From: Octopus sinensis
Lineage: Eukaryota
Assembly (NCBI RefSeq): GCF_006345805.1
Contig: NW_021837040.1
Location: forward strand, 1 to 64,000
Length of the DNA: 64,000 nt
Direction: 5' to 3'
In this document: one piece after another, positions 13,735 through 27,419 of the stretch
Layout of the letters: every line of letters starts with the position of its first letter
Numbering within the stretch: the stretch's first letter is position 1
The notes under the pieces: generated by a model
Database searches by the model: none
Seen by the model: the letters and a program-made list of their open reading frames with translations, nothing else
Told to the model about the DNA's origin: nothing
Translations under genes and position numbers: made by a program

Positions 13735-14642
13735 ACGGCAAATATGTGACCCGCAGCAAACAAGCTGATGTTGACCAGAAGCAAACCCATCAGTGGCTAC
13801 GGAGCTCAGGGCTAAAAGCAGATAGCGAAGGTTTCATCCTGGCTGCTCAAGATCAAGGCCTATTAACCCGGAACTACCAGGCCAATGTGATGAAAAATGG
13901 AGAGGACCCAAAATGCCGATTCTGCAACGACATGACTGAAACAGTGGACCACCTAATCTCTGGATGTAAAGTCTTAGCTCCAGTGGAGTATAAATTAAGA
14001 CATGACAGAGTTGGCCAATATCTACACTGGCTAATAAGTCGGCATTACAATATCAAAACTGCCGACAAGTGGTATAATCACCACCCTGAGGCTGTAACTG
14101 AAGGAGAAAATGTAACCATTCTCTGGGACTTTCCGGTACATACAGACCGAACCATCAAGGCCAATAAACCAGATATTGTTGTGAAAGACCAAAACAATAA
14201 AGTTTGCTTATTGATCGACATGAGCATCCCCTGTGATCATAATATCTCAGCGAAAGAGTTTGACAAGCTCAGAAAATATAAAGACCTACTCATTGAAATT
14301 GAGAAAATGTGGCATCTCAATGCGGTTACAATACCAGTGATCATAGGAGCACTAGGAATGATCAAGAAGGGAACCGAAAATTATATGAGAATGATCCCTG
14401 GCTTACCATCCCTGCAAGAAGTGCAAAAGATTGTCTTAACTGGTACATCACACGTATTGAGAAGAGCATTGTCGATGTGAGAACTGTTGCTGCTCATGTA
14501 TTTTAATTTAACTTAAAAAAAAAAGAACAAACTATTGAGTTTGGTTTAATGGCCTACCAATGTATACTATGAGTTTCTTTGCCCTAGGAGTCGGGAAGAC
14601 ACTCGGCAAGAAACGGAAGCAAATTTGAAAGAAGAAAAAAAA

Positions 14643-14643
<1 letters not shown>
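13735..14643 (+). mobile_element. 5'-truncated copy of R4/Dong family A
   Basis: Near-identical to ~11752-12670. Confidence 0.93.
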
Positions 14644-14732
<89 letters not shown>

Positions 14733-14745
14733 TAATAATAATAAT

Positions 14746-15430
14746 AAAACGAAACGATAGACCATCTCGTTTCGGGATGTCCTGTGCTGACACCAAACGA
14801 ATACAAAAATCGCCACGATAGGGTAGGACAGTATATACATTGGAAGATATGTAAACACTACAAATCCGACACTCCTGCTAACTGGTATGCACACCATCCT
14901 CAGCCAGTTGTTGAAGGTAAAGATGTCACCATCCTCTGGGATTTTCCAGTCAACACTGACAGAACGATCAAGGCTAATCGACCAGACATAATTGTTAAAG
15001 ACAGGGAAGAAAATACCTGCAGACTAATAGAAGTAAGCGTCCCCACTGATAAAAATGTATCTGTCAAGGAATTTGACAAACTTAGTAAATATAAGGACCT
15101 GGAAATCGAAATACAGAGGATGTGGAATCTTAAAACAAAACTGTTCCTGTTATTGTAGGTGCCCTAGGTATGATAAAAAAGGGATGTCAGAAACACCTAG
15201 ACAATATCCCTGGAAAACCATGTCTCAAGGAAATCCAAAAGATTGTGCTAACAAGTACTGCCCACATCCTTAGAAAAACCCTATCAATGTAAATGTTTGT
15301 GTTTGCATTACATGGAGATATATCTCCCCAAGCTTTCAGCTATATTTCAACAACTCTTAACCTTCACTTGCCCTAGGGCGCTGGGTGTGCCCCGGCAGGT
15401 GATTGTATCAAACATGCAGATTAAAAGTAA
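14746..15430 (+). mobile_element. 5'-truncated R4/Dong-type LINE, family C
   Basis: ETIDHLVSGC, RHDRVG, RPDIIV..LIEVSVP; nucleotide sequence differs from families A and B. Confidence 0.88.
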
Positions 15431-16001
15431 ATGACAATGATAATAATAATGATAATAATAATAATAATAATAATAATGATAATAATAATAATGATGATAT
15501 TAATAATAATAATAATAATGATAATAATAATAATAATGATGATAATAATAATAATGATAATAATAATAATAATGACGATAATAATAATAATAATGATAAT
15601 AATAATAATAATAATATAATAATGATAATAATAATAATAATGATAATAATAATGATAATAATAATGATGATAATAATAATAATAGTAATAATAATAATAA
15701 TGATGATGATAATGATATTAATAATAATAATAATAATAATGATGATAATGATAATAATAATAATAATAATAATGATACTAATAATAATGATGATAATATA
15801 ATGATAATAATAATAATGATGATAATAATAATAATAATAATAATAATGATAATAATAATAATGATAATAGTAATAATAATAATGATAATGATAATAATAA
15901 TAATAATGATAATAATAATAATAATAATAATAATATTAATAATAATAATGATAATAATAATAATGATAATAATAATAATGATAATAATAATAATAATAAT
16001 A

Positions 16002-16073
<72 letters not shown>

Positions 16074-16089
16074 TAATAATATAATAATG

Positions 16090-16171
<82 letters not shown>

Positions 16172-16192
16172 TAATAATAATAATAATAATAA

Positions 16193-17103
16193 ACGGCAAA
16201 TATGTGACCCGCAGCAAACAAGCTGATGTTGACCAGAAGCAAACCCATCAGTGGCTACGGAGCTCAGGGCTAAAAGCAGAGAGCGAAGGTTTCATCCTGG
16301 CTGCTCAAGATCAAAGCCTATTAACCCGGAACTACCAGGCCAATGTGATGAAAAATGGAGCAGACCCAAAATGCCGATTCTGCAACGACATGACTGAAAC
16401 AGTGGACCACCTAATCTCTGGATGTAAAGTCTTAGCTCCAGTGGAGTATAAATTAAGACATGACAGAGTTGGCCAATATCTACACTGGCTAATAAGTCGG
16501 CATTACAATATCAAAACTGCCGACAAGTGGTATAATCACCACCCTGAGGCTGTAACTGAAGGAGAAAATGTAACCATTCTGTGGGACTTTCCGGTACATA
16601 CAGACCGAACCATCAAGGCCAATAAACCAGATATTGTGTGTGAAAGACCAAAACAATAAAGTTTGCTTATTGATCGACATGAGCATCCCCTGTGATCATA
16701 ACATCTCAGCGAAAGAGTTTGACAAGCTCAGAAAATATAAAGACCTACTCATTGAAATTGAGAAAATGTGGCATCTCAATGCGGTTACAATACCAGTGAT
16801 CGTAGGAGCACTAGGAATGATCAAGAAGGGAACCGAAAATTATATGAGAATGATCCCTGGCTTACCATCCCTGCAAGAAGTGCAAAAGATTGTCTTAACT
16901 GGTACATCACACGTATTGAGAAGAGCATTGTCGATGTGAGAACTGTTGCTGCTCATGTATTTTAATTTAACTTAAAAAAAAAAGAACGAACTATTGAGTT
17001 TGGTTTAATGGCCTACCAATGTATACTATGAGTTTCTTTGCCCTAGGAGTCGGGAAGATACTCGGCAAGAAATGGAAGCAAATTTGAAAGAAGAAAAAAA
17101 AAG
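16193..17103 (+). mobile_element. 5'-truncated copy of R4/Dong family A
   Basis: Same truncation point and shared variants with 13735-14643. Confidence 0.93.
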
Positions 17104-17128
17104 TAATAATAATAATAATAATAATAAT

Positions 17129-17237
<109 letters not shown>

Positions 17238-17332
17238 TAATAATAATAATGATAATAATAATGATGATATTAATAATAATAATAATAATGATAATAATAA
17301 TAATAATGATGATAATAATAATAATGATAATA

Positions 17333-17545
17333 ATCCTTTCTACTGAAGGCACAAAACCTCAAATTTGGTGGGAGGAGATTAGTCGATTATGTTGACCTCA
17401 GTGTTTCACTGGTACTTAATTTATCGACCCTTGAAAGAATGAAAGACAAAATTAACCAAGGCGGAATTTGAACATAGAACGTAGCGGCAAACGAAACACC
17501 TGTAAGCGCCCAGCGTGCTAACGATTCCACCCGCTCTCCGCATTA
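17333..17545 (-). mobile_element. SINE, same family as 4628-4823
   Basis: Shared aatcctttctact..ggcacaa and ttaatttatcgacc blocks. Confidence 0.7.
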
Positions 17546-17596
17546 TTATCGATATCAACAACAACAACAACAACAACAAAAACAACAACAACAATC

Positions 17597-17640
<44 letters not shown>

Positions 17641-17642
<2 letters not shown>

Positions 17643-18259
17643 TACAAGTACCTAGGGGTAATTGAAGGGAACGGAATAAGGCATTCAGTGATGAAGGAAA
17701 GGATCAGGAGAGAATGTTATCGAAGAGTGAGAGCAATATTCAAGACAGAGCTGAATGCAAGAAACAGGATCGAAGCGATCAATGCATTAGCCATACCAGT
17801 CGTGACTTACAGTTTCAATATCGTTAACTGGTCAATTACTGAAATATGTCAGCTCGAGAGAAAAATACGAAAACTGTTGACAATGCATAGAATGCACCAC
17901 CCTAAGGCAGATACAGAACGACTTTATCTGCCAAGAAAAGAGGGAGGCCGTGGTCTTTTACAACTGGCAATAACAATGAAGATTGCTACAATTGGCCTAG
18001 ACACCTACCTGAAAAACTCCGAGGACTGGATATTAAAACTTGTCTCAAAATATGAAAACAAGAAAGCATCATACTCAGTAACAAAACAGGCAAAGGAATA
18101 TCTAAGTGAATTCCGAATACAACAAATTTCGGAATTAGAGATAAACATACAAGAAACAAGCACAGAAAAAGCTAGGCGCATGAAAACCCGTGCCAAAACT
18201 GCAGCCTTAGATATTCTGAATGATAAATGGCAAGAAAAACATCTCTATGGCAAATACCC
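17641..18259 (+). mobile_element. Internal R4/Dong LINE fragment (post-RT region)
   Basis: YKYLG..ECYRRVRAIFKTELNARN..MHHPKADTERLYLPRKEGGRGL; ends abruptly at HLYGKYP. Confidence 0.88.
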
Positions 18260-18786
18260 GTATAATACAGATGCATTTTATAGAAATATTTCCAAGTCTT
18301 CTGCAAGTATTGAACCAGCAGACACCATCCTTCTTTCACTTTCTGCACCAGCCACGCCGACACATAGATCTCGCTGTGTATCTGCACATATATCTCCTGC
18401 GAGAGCAACCAGATCACTTGAATGTCCTTGCAGACGTCCACCGCCAATTCAGCCTCTTTGGTCAACGAGAACACATCGGCACCAAACAGTATCGACAGAC
18501 TGACCACTGACATGAAGCCGCAGGCGGACGCCGTGTGCGGCGGTGTGAAACCGTCCTCGTCCTGAGCATTGGCATCGGCCCCGTACGTCAGCAGGATCTT
18601 GACAGCATCCAGGTTATTGGTGAGGACTCCGTGATGTAGGGGTGTTAGTCCCGCGTGGTTGGTCTGGTTGACCAGTCGCTTAGTAGTTTGGCCGTACTCT
18701 GTGGCAGGAGTCGAGGCGTTGCTACCACGACCACCACGACCACCATCACCACCACCACCACCACCACCACAACCCTCCCCTACCAT
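18260..18786 (-). pseudogene. Intronless ankyrin-repeat gene fragment (PP1 regulatory subunit-like)
   Basis: GLTPLHHGVLTNNLDAVKILLTYGADANAQDEDGFTPPHTASACG: two ankyrin repeats, second motif degenerate; fused to a LINE fragment. Confidence 0.7.
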
Positions 18787-19109
18787 CTGTTTCTGTTGCC
18801 GATAAAATCAATTACAGGAGACACTCTGTGTCGATAAAGAATGTGGGTGATGGCGATTTACCGTCACCACCACCAACAACAACTACAACACTACCACTAC
18901 CGCCAACACCACCACCACCACCACCACCACCACCACTAGCACCAGTACCACCACCACCATCACCACTAATATTACTATTACGAACGGCACCACACATCCA
19001 CTGGGCATGTCTCCCTATTATATGTTTACACACACACACACGTGACTTGACCTGCTAAAATAGAAGCCAAATTCAAATTCATTCACCGAGTCATTTTGAA
19101 GAGAACAGA

Positions 19110-19540
19110 CACATCAGACGATATAATCCTAGATAGACTATGCCTCAATAAAAGATTGGATGGTCTCAACTTGAATATCGTTGATCATAGGTTTGTGTGG
19201 ATCAGGACGGACCTGGGGTTAAACAACAGCAAATGTTATAGCCACTAAAACTAATTACTATGCTGTACATTAGATTATGTAGTCCTAGATACACTATGCC
19301 TGAATAAAAGATGGGATGGTCATAGCTGGAACATCTTTGATCATGGGTCTATGTGGGTCAGGACTGACCTGGGGCTAAACAACAACAGCTACAACCACTA
19401 TTACTAAGTACTATACTATACATTAGATAATGTAGTCCTAGATACACTATGCCTGAATAAAAATATGGGATGGGAACAGTTGAAACATCTTTGATTATAG
19501 GTCTGTCAGTCTGTTACGGGACTGTCCTAGGGCTAAACTG
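19110..19540. repeat. Three diverged tandem copies of a ~155 bp repeat
   Basis: cctagata.actatgcct.aataaaa...gatcat.ggt...ggac.g.cct.ggg.taaac occurs three times. Confidence 0.8.
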
Positions 19541-19770
19541 CGATAAATAGCGGAAGTTCAAGAATGTTCTCACCGTCGATTCTGTGATTTGATGCCAGAC
19601 CATCACTGGGTCCTGGAAAGAGGAAACAGAAAGACATTTACATGGAAATACGTGCATACATATATACATGCATATATATGCACGCTAGCATACATACATA
19701 AATGCATACACACACACACACACAGACATATACATATACATAAACTGGCAATATGACCATTCCGAAATAT

Positions 19771-19828
<58 letters not shown>

Positions 19829-20012
19829 CTATATAGCAAATTTAGATTCAAATAAAATAAGTATATGTATTGATGGAATACCTCTATAAATGACTGATGA
19901 TTGCTCAACATTTTAAAATTGTTGTAATACTTACAATGTTTAATAAAATGATGTAGCGTGGAACGATCGTACCAAATTACCGAAGATATTCCTGTTGCTT
20001 ATTTTGATTATA

Positions 20013-21065
20013 TACGCCAGCTGCTATGTTGTTGTTGTTTTGTCTCATTTGGTCTAAAGTCGTATGACAACCACCGTTATATATATTTTGTTTTTTCATT
20101 ACTGTTTTCAATTTCGTTTTCGTCTCTTGTATTCACATCCGTCTTGTGCGTTCACATTCCTGTCTTCTACCAAGAAATCTAATGCTTACAGCTTAGTTTT
20201 TTTTCTTGGGGCTGGCCGAGTTGGAGCAAATATCAGAATTGAACAGCCGAAATTTGCTATGATGATTCGGTGTCTGACTGAAGATTGAAGGCTTCGAATG
20301 ATTTGTCTGTGTTCCGTGTTCGTCCCTTCCTGTATTTCACGTTCATTATATATAAAAACATTCATTCTTATATTATTGCGGCGTTACGTGCACCCCCCCG
20401 TTTGTTTGTCCAATTTTAAACCCTGCACGACTTCTATACACACTGTCTTTTACTACCCGCCATTGCTTCTTCACCAAACGTTTTGGCGCCCTCCGATTCT
20501 TCCCCTCTCTTCCTCCCATCCTCCTTAATCCCTTCTTTCTCCTTCTCTCTTGGTCACTGATTCTGTCCCCTGCCTTCCACCCTCTTTGATTCCCTCTCTC
20601 TCTGTCTCTCTTTCTCTCTCTCCTGCGACCTGCTGCTTCTTCAACCATTCTGTTGGCCTTCGTATCTCGACAAACATGTGTCCCCGCTACCGAAACGGCA
20701 ATTATTTCTACGCCAGCTGCTATGTTGTTGTTGTTTTGTCTCATTTGGTCTAAAGTCGTATGACAACCACCGTTATATATATTTTGTTTTTTCATTACTG
20801 TTTTCAATTTCGTTTTCGTCTCTTGTATTCACATCCGTCTTGTGCGTTCACATCCTGTCTTCTACCAAGAAATCTAATGCTTACAGCTTAGTTTTTTTTC
20901 TTGGGGCTGGCCGAGTTGGAGCAAATATCAGAATTGAACAGCCGAAATTTGCTATGATGATTCGGTGTCTGACTGAAGATTGAAGGCTTCGAATGATTTG
21001 TCTGTGTTCCGTGTTCGTCCCTTCCTGTATTTCACGTTCATTATATATAAAAACATTCATTTATA
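20013..21065. repeat. Direct repeats of ~355 bp (20013-20372 and 20709-21065) around a CT-rich spacer
   Basis: tacgccagctgctatgttgttg...tataaaaacattcatt is duplicated almost exactly. Confidence 0.85.
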
Positions 21066-21174
21066 TATATATATAACGGGAAGCTTTATGAAAATAAACA
21101 AAAGACGAAGGCAGGTGGAAAACAAACGAACAATTGTATTAGTATGGCGCTCAGGAAATATAAATAAAACAAGT

Positions 21175-21210
21175 CTTTAACGTTTCGAGCCTACGCTCTT
21201 CAACAGAAAG
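21175..21210 (-). ncRNA. Minimal hammerhead-like motif with variant core
   Basis: cttt-CTGTTGA-agagc gtag gctc-GAAAC-GTT-aaag; A6 replaced by T. Confidence 0.5.
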
Positions 21211-21216
21211 ATACAC

Positions 21217-21256
<40 letters not shown>

Positions 21257-22399
21257 CGGAGATGTACTCGCATAGCAAGTAATTTGATCTGAGATCGTGT
21301 GCTGAAACGAAAACAATTGCAGCGTGGAAGGTGTTTATAAGCCATTTAAGAAACACACAAAAGCCGTTCGATTCACTTCAACATTTAAGTTTAATTTGTC
21401 AAAATATTTTCGTCGCTAAAATCCGCGACCTGTTCACTGACAAAGTCCGTGCTGCATCTAAGAAAGTAACAGTTAGTTCGTCATATATATGTACGTATGT
21501 ATGTGTGTATGTATGTATACATGTGTGTATGTATGTACGTATGCATGTACGTACATACGCCTGTGTATGCATGTATGTATGTATGTATGTATGTATGTAT
21601 GTATGTATGTATGTATGTATGTATATATGTATGTATGTGTATATGCACGCACATACACTCTATAAAACATAAAGCTATAAACCTGTAGCGATGGATGGAT
21701 GTAGAGTGACCACTCATCACAAAGCTATCAAATTTCAACTTCCTACGGCCGAAGCTAGAAAGTGATTTACGATGCTTACTCCCAAAACTATACCCTAAAA
21801 TATATTATCAGATCTTTATCTCTATATCACAGAACTAATGTTTTACTATTGTGCGTATGTATGTATGTATTTGTGTATGTATGTGTGTATGTACATACGT
21901 ACGCATGTGCGTATGTATGTATCCGCGCTGGTATGCATGTGCCCATGTATGTGTGTGCGTACATGTACGTGCGTATGTACGTGTGTATGCCCATACGTAG
22001 GTATGTATGTATGTTTGTATTCATGTGCTACGTATGTATGTGAGTGTCTAGGAGAATGGGCCGACGTGTCAGTGTGTACATGTGTATGTGTATATGAACG
22101 TATGTCCGTGTACTGGCATGTGTCCGTCCAAGTTGTGTACATGACTGTTACTTTGCTGAAGGTTGTATACATATTCACATATATGTTTGTATAGACGCAC
22201 ACACACATATATATATATGTGTGGGTGTGTGTTTGTTCCTCTCATCATCGTCTAACCGTGAATGGATACAACGCCTAAGTGCAACTGTACGTATCAAACA
22301 ACGTCCACTCATACCGTTGTATATAACTGCACATACGCATTGCAACCTGTATGTAAGGACTACAGGTAAAAGGGAGAGAGAGAGAGAGGGGTGGCTATA

Positions 22400-23270
22400 G
22401 AATAGTCCTTCTGAATGGGATCTGGATGTTACTCCATTCGGACTTTCGGTTGAGAGTAGGTTTGTATTCTTGTATACAAACAGCTTCTGTGACCTGTCTC
22501 AACATTGCATATGGGTGGGATGTGTTGATAGGATGTTCAACTAAGCTTCCCTAAGGATCCCCTGTGGCAGTCTACAGCATGTTGGTAGAAGATGGAGTTT
22601 GGCTTCCTTTCAATGTAGTTGTCCAGGTGTTCTTTGAACCTATCATTGATGCTTCTAGAAGTCTCACCTATGTATGACTCTGGGTTAGTCGCGCAAGCTC
22701 CCTCCTAGCACTTAATCTGGTATACAGTGCCCTTGGTTTTACAATTTACATGTGGATTTGTCGAACATACTGCACAATTACTTTGACAGGTGATTCTATC
22801 AAATGGATATGATCTGCATAATGCCGATTTGATAGTCCTACCTGTCTTTTCTACGACTTTAACTTTTAGGCCCGTAGTGCGCAGGACTTTCTTGAATGCC
22901 TTACTTAGCTCGTTCTTAGGTGTGGCGTCAACGAACATCACTCCGTGAAATCTCCTGTTATCGTACCAAGTAACTTTTCTCATCTTTTTGTTGGTGTCCC
23001 TCTCTAACTATTCCAGAACTTGTTGCGGTACAGGGGGCATATACCGTTTTCGTCGTTCCTTAGAATGCGTTCGAATCTAGCTTTCGCTCCTTTGTACACT
23101 TTGACTCTATCGTCTTGTGTGTATCCGGAGCGTTGCATTCGGAATATGTAGTGCTGGATGTGTTGTTGTCGTTCTTGTGGTTGGCATAGTGGTGATACAT
23201 TCCTCATTACTCTAACTAAGTCTGCCACTAGGATGTTGAGTTTGGCAGTATCCGACATAGCTGAGTCACT
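22400..23270 (-). mobile_element. Penelope-like element remnant (RT C-terminus and GIY-YIG endonuclease)
   Basis: RMQRSGY, MFVDATP, C..C..C, GTVYQIKC...SYIGETSRSINDRFKEH; stops and frameshifts. Confidence 0.85.
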
Positions 23271-23292
23271 ATATACATATATATATATATAT

Positions 23293-23695
23293 ACTCTTTA
23301 CTCTTGTACTTGTTTCAGTCATTTGACTGCGGCCATGCTGGAGAGCACCGCCTTTAGTCGAGTAAATCGACCCGGGACTTATTCTTGTAAGCCCAGTACT
23401 TATTCTATCGGTCTCTTTTGCCGAACCGCTAAGTGACGGGGACGTAAACACACCAGCATCGGTTGTCAAGCAACGCTAGAGAGACAAAACCAGACAAACA
23501 TATACACACACATATATATATATACATATATACCACAGGCTTCTTTCAGTTTCCGTCTACCAAATCCACTCACAAGACTTTGGTCGGCCCGAGGCTATAT
23601 CAGAAGACACTGCCCAAGATTCCAAGCAGTGGGACTGAACCCGGAACCATGTGTTGGTTAGCAAGGTACTTACCACACAGCCATTCCTGCGCCTA
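23293..23695 (-). mobile_element. tRNA-derived SINE, same family as 1502-1925
   Basis: Reverse complement matches head, body and tail. Confidence 0.85.
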
Positions 23696-23763
23696 TATAT
23701 AATACATATATATATATTATATATATATATAATATATATATATATATTATATAATATATATAT

Positions 23764-23817
<54 letters not shown>

Positions 23818-23904
23818 TATATATGTGTGTGTGTGTTGTGGGTGTTTAAAAATCGATCTTATCAAGTAGCTAGCATGGGAATAAATACCATACAAAGGTG
23901 ACAA

Positions 23905-24156
23905 TTATTTAAAACTATAAATTAGGGTATCTGAGAGATACCATCGTGCTGAAAAAGCAGTCAAATCCCTGACCCTAAAAGCACCTTAAATGTTTATATC
24001 GCGCCAAGAGAGAAGACAGAGAGACAAAATAAACTAGCAAAAAAGATTTTACTGGACGCGATATGAACATTTAAAGTGGTTTTAAGGTCAGGGTTTTGAC
24101 TGCTATTTCAGCATGGTGGTATCTCTCAGATACCCTAATTTATAGTTTTAAATAAT
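23905..24156. repeat. Fold-back repeat with ~100 bp arms
   Basis: attatttaaaactataaattagggtatctgagagatacca versus tggtatctctcagataccctaatttatagttttaaataat; related sequence at ~28700-28845. Confidence 0.8.
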
Positions 24157-24159
24157 ATT

Positions 24160-24323
24160 TAACAAATGCAACACAACAACGTTTCCCTGACGAGGAACCA
24201 ACAAACGTGATTACAATAGTCAAACAGTAATAATAATAACAACACCTTTTTAATTTATCCCCATTTATGTGAAACCACTTATTCAAGTTCAAGTCATTGA
24301 TGCAATTTTATACGAATTGCTAA

Positions 24324-24364
<41 letters not shown>

Positions 24365-24792
24365 ATAAGGGTGAAAAATTGAATATTAATTTGATTAATA
24401 TGAATTGAAAACCAGTGGTGTAGCATATAAGACAATAGCGGAACTTCTTCTAGCAAAAAGGATGACCACTATTAATGGTTCATCCCTATTATATAACACT
24501 TTCACTTTAATAGTTTCAGTATTATAATGAAAGTGTCTGCATTACAAAAGAGAGATGTTTTTGTTTCACTTTTAACACGCAATACTGAAATAGTGGAGAA
24601 GATATGATATTGCTGTGGGGTCACCCTGGGAAAAAGTTAAGATTTTTTGCCGATGACACTCCCCGGACCTTAAGTAAGGCATGTGTAAAATTTGAATGAA
24701 ATTGGTTGTGTAGTTCTCAAGTTTTAGGGAAACACACAGAAAGACAGACAGACAGACAGAGACACATTCTCAGTCTTATATATAGAGAGAGA
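24160..24792 (-). mobile_element. Partial non-autonomous Helitron, same family as 61971-62837
   Basis: Minus-strand start A|TCtctctctatatataagactgagaatgtgt; body shared with 25960-26390 and 61971-62520. Confidence 0.65.
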
Positions 24793-24849
24793 TAACATAT
24801 AATATATATTATTATATGTTATATTAAATAGATTATATATATTATAATA

Positions 24850-26392
24850 CTAGCATTATGACACGTCATAGTGCTAGTACATGTATATATGTGTATATAT
24901 ACGTGTACATATTACTTGTACATCTATATATATACATCTACACATAAAATACAAAATACAAAGTTATATCTTGATATCGCTAGTGATAACAATACTCAAT
25001 ATATATAACAGACTGGAATTGTTAGCCCGTCTCTTGTAATTTCGATCAATTGTATCTTGGCCTCCCTCTTGTATAGAAGTGTGGCTACAATCCAGCCTAC
25101 CTCTACTTCTTCGGGGGGGGGGGGCATTTAAAATTTTTATCTGGGACGTCCTACGTCCCAGATATAAAGGTAAAAATAAAATATTTCCACTTTGCAAGGT
25201 TCGAGTCGAGTACTCCCTTGCACGCTCCGTTGACTCGAACCTTGCTTCTATTGTGGCGAATTTACCGCCTCTAGTTAGATATCTTTCATAGTCGCACCAA
25301 GACACTCTTCGATGGTGCTTTCCTCCAGGTGTTCAAATCTTTTTTTTCTCTACATTGTATACTTTATAGACAATAGTCTTTTCTTTAATTTAATTTCGTA
25401 TTTCGTTTGGTGGTGTTATCCTAGATACACTGTTTTTGTCGGTGATCAATCCGTATTTCTTCCATTTCAATTTCAATGAGTTCGCGCCCACCGACGGCTT
25501 CGGCGAAATTCATTTTTGGACTTTCTTCTATCCAAGGCATTCTAACAAAAATGCTTCGGCAAAGACGGTGAAAATATTGTCAATTTGCCCAAACAGGGAC
25601 ACAATTCAATTTTTAAACAATAACCAAAGCTCCTTCTCCCAAAGGGGGAGGGTTACAGTTTACAATTATTTAACAAATGCAACAGAGCAATGTTTCCTTT
25701 GCGTGGAACCAACAAACGTGATAACAATAGTTAAACAGTAATAATAATAACAACAAACCTTACGATGAATCAGAAAGCAGTAAGCAGTTGAAGCTTTAGT
25801 CCTTTATGTATAAGAAATAAACCAACAGCAGTACTCTGTAGGAGCGGCTGTTACAGAAATTACATACAGCCAAACTTCATATAGATACTTAATGCTAGCT
25901 AATTAGCAGATAATCTAATGTAAAAGCACAGCTCCATCTGGACTATTCCATTTCTGCACGCTAATTTTATTTTTAATTTATTTCCATTCATGTGAAACCA
26001 CTTATTCAAGTTCAAGTCATTGATGCAATTTTATACCAATTACTATTTTTACTTTTGTTATGTTACGATTATATTATACTTTAGTTTGATTTTAATTATT
26101 ACTTACTACATATAATTCAATTGTTATTATTGTTTTTATTGTTAAAGTGAAAGTATCTGACATAAAATAGAGAAATGTTTTTGTTTCACTCGTAATACTG
26201 AAATAGTGGAGAAGATATGATATTGCTATGGGCTCGCTCTAGGCAAGAAGTCGAACTTTTTTTGCCCATGAAACTACATGGATCCTAAGTAAGGCATGTG
26301 TAAAATTTGAATGAAATTGGTTGTGTAGTTCTCAAGTTTTAGGGAAACACACAGATAGACAGACAGACAGACACACATTCTAAGTTTTATAT
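24850..26392 (-). mobile_element. Non-autonomous Helitron with extra internal sequence
   Basis: Collinear with 61971-62837; minus-strand end ...ataatgCTAG|T at 24850. Confidence 0.7.
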
Positions 26393-26945
26393 CTGTAACT
26401 GTAATATGTGACAAGTATTCGGTAGCCAAGATAAAACTCCGAGTTTCGGATGCCGAGGTGGAATTCCACGCCGGGCAACGGATAACTGAAGAGATGGTGG
26501 CGTGGATTTTAGTGGAGTATTTAGTAACTGACGAAATCACTCTATCTGTCTGTCTGTATTTCTGACTGTCTGTCTGTCTCTCTCCCCATGCGTTATTTGA
26601 ACTTACAGTAGAATATAACGATGTTTAAAATAAAAACAAAACATATTGTATTAAGAAACCACATTTATTTCTTCGTTAATAAAAGTTAAAGATTATATTG
26701 AAAATTAGTAGTGAAAATTGGCAGTTAGAAAATATCTATAGAATTACAAATCAAACCTTGTGATGTTAGATTTTGTGAGTTACAGAAAAAGAGAAGGTTT
26801 AAAGTACATTGCGGTTTATAAAGTGTCTAAGTTTCGTAATGTTGTATTGATAGATAAAAATGAAGTTCTCTTTTATGCAATCATGTTTAATGTAATATAA
26901 GAAGAAAAGAAGATTCTCAAAGACATTAATTTTTTATATTCTTAA

Positions 26946-27002
26946 TTATGTTCTCTTCTCTGCTGTTCCAACATCTGTTTCATTATCAAAACTTGAATGA
27001 AC
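26946..27002 (-). CDS. Adhesion-GPCR-like gene, putative last exon (VHSSFDNETDVGTAEKRT*)
   Basis: Acceptor tttccag, phase 0 matching the donor after 33544, TAA stop. Confidence 0.55.
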   Translation of the reverse strand, partial: VHSSFDNETDVGTAEKRT

Positions 27003-27419
27003 CTGGAAACACAATGAGAAAACCTTCTATGAAATAAAGTAAAATAACCCAAGCCCTTATGTTTTATATATAACCCCAATTGTCATCTGCTATTTTCCCG
27101 TACGTTAAACATATGAATTACAGAAGAATCATACACAATTTATATTCAAAACCACAATTTATATTAAAAACATTAGTTACAGAAACTAGAAATGGGAATT
27201 TAATTATCGGTCCTATGTTGTACAATCCTGACAATATTGGTTCAGGAATATCTTCCAGAAAAACTGGGCAAGTTGAGAGTGAAAATATGAGAAACTTCTT
27301 AGTTCTATTCTGTGGATGTATGTTTTACATATATCTATCTATGGCACAGTGAAGACATTACATTGTTCTGTTTATGGCTGTGTTTAAATTTCATGCACAA
27401 TTATCTATAGAAATATAAC

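Noticed and set aside
13545-14480. 311-aa ORF with a poly-Ile N-terminus
   Set aside because: Chance in-frame join of (ATA)n to a truncated LINE
17688-18503. Apparent 271-aa fusion protein
   Set aside because: LINE frame running into the antisense of the ankyrin fragment
21385-21446. Hammerhead-shaped folds here and at ~60121-60160 and ~61117-61160
   Set aside because: Stems and GAAA present but no recognisable CUGANGA core
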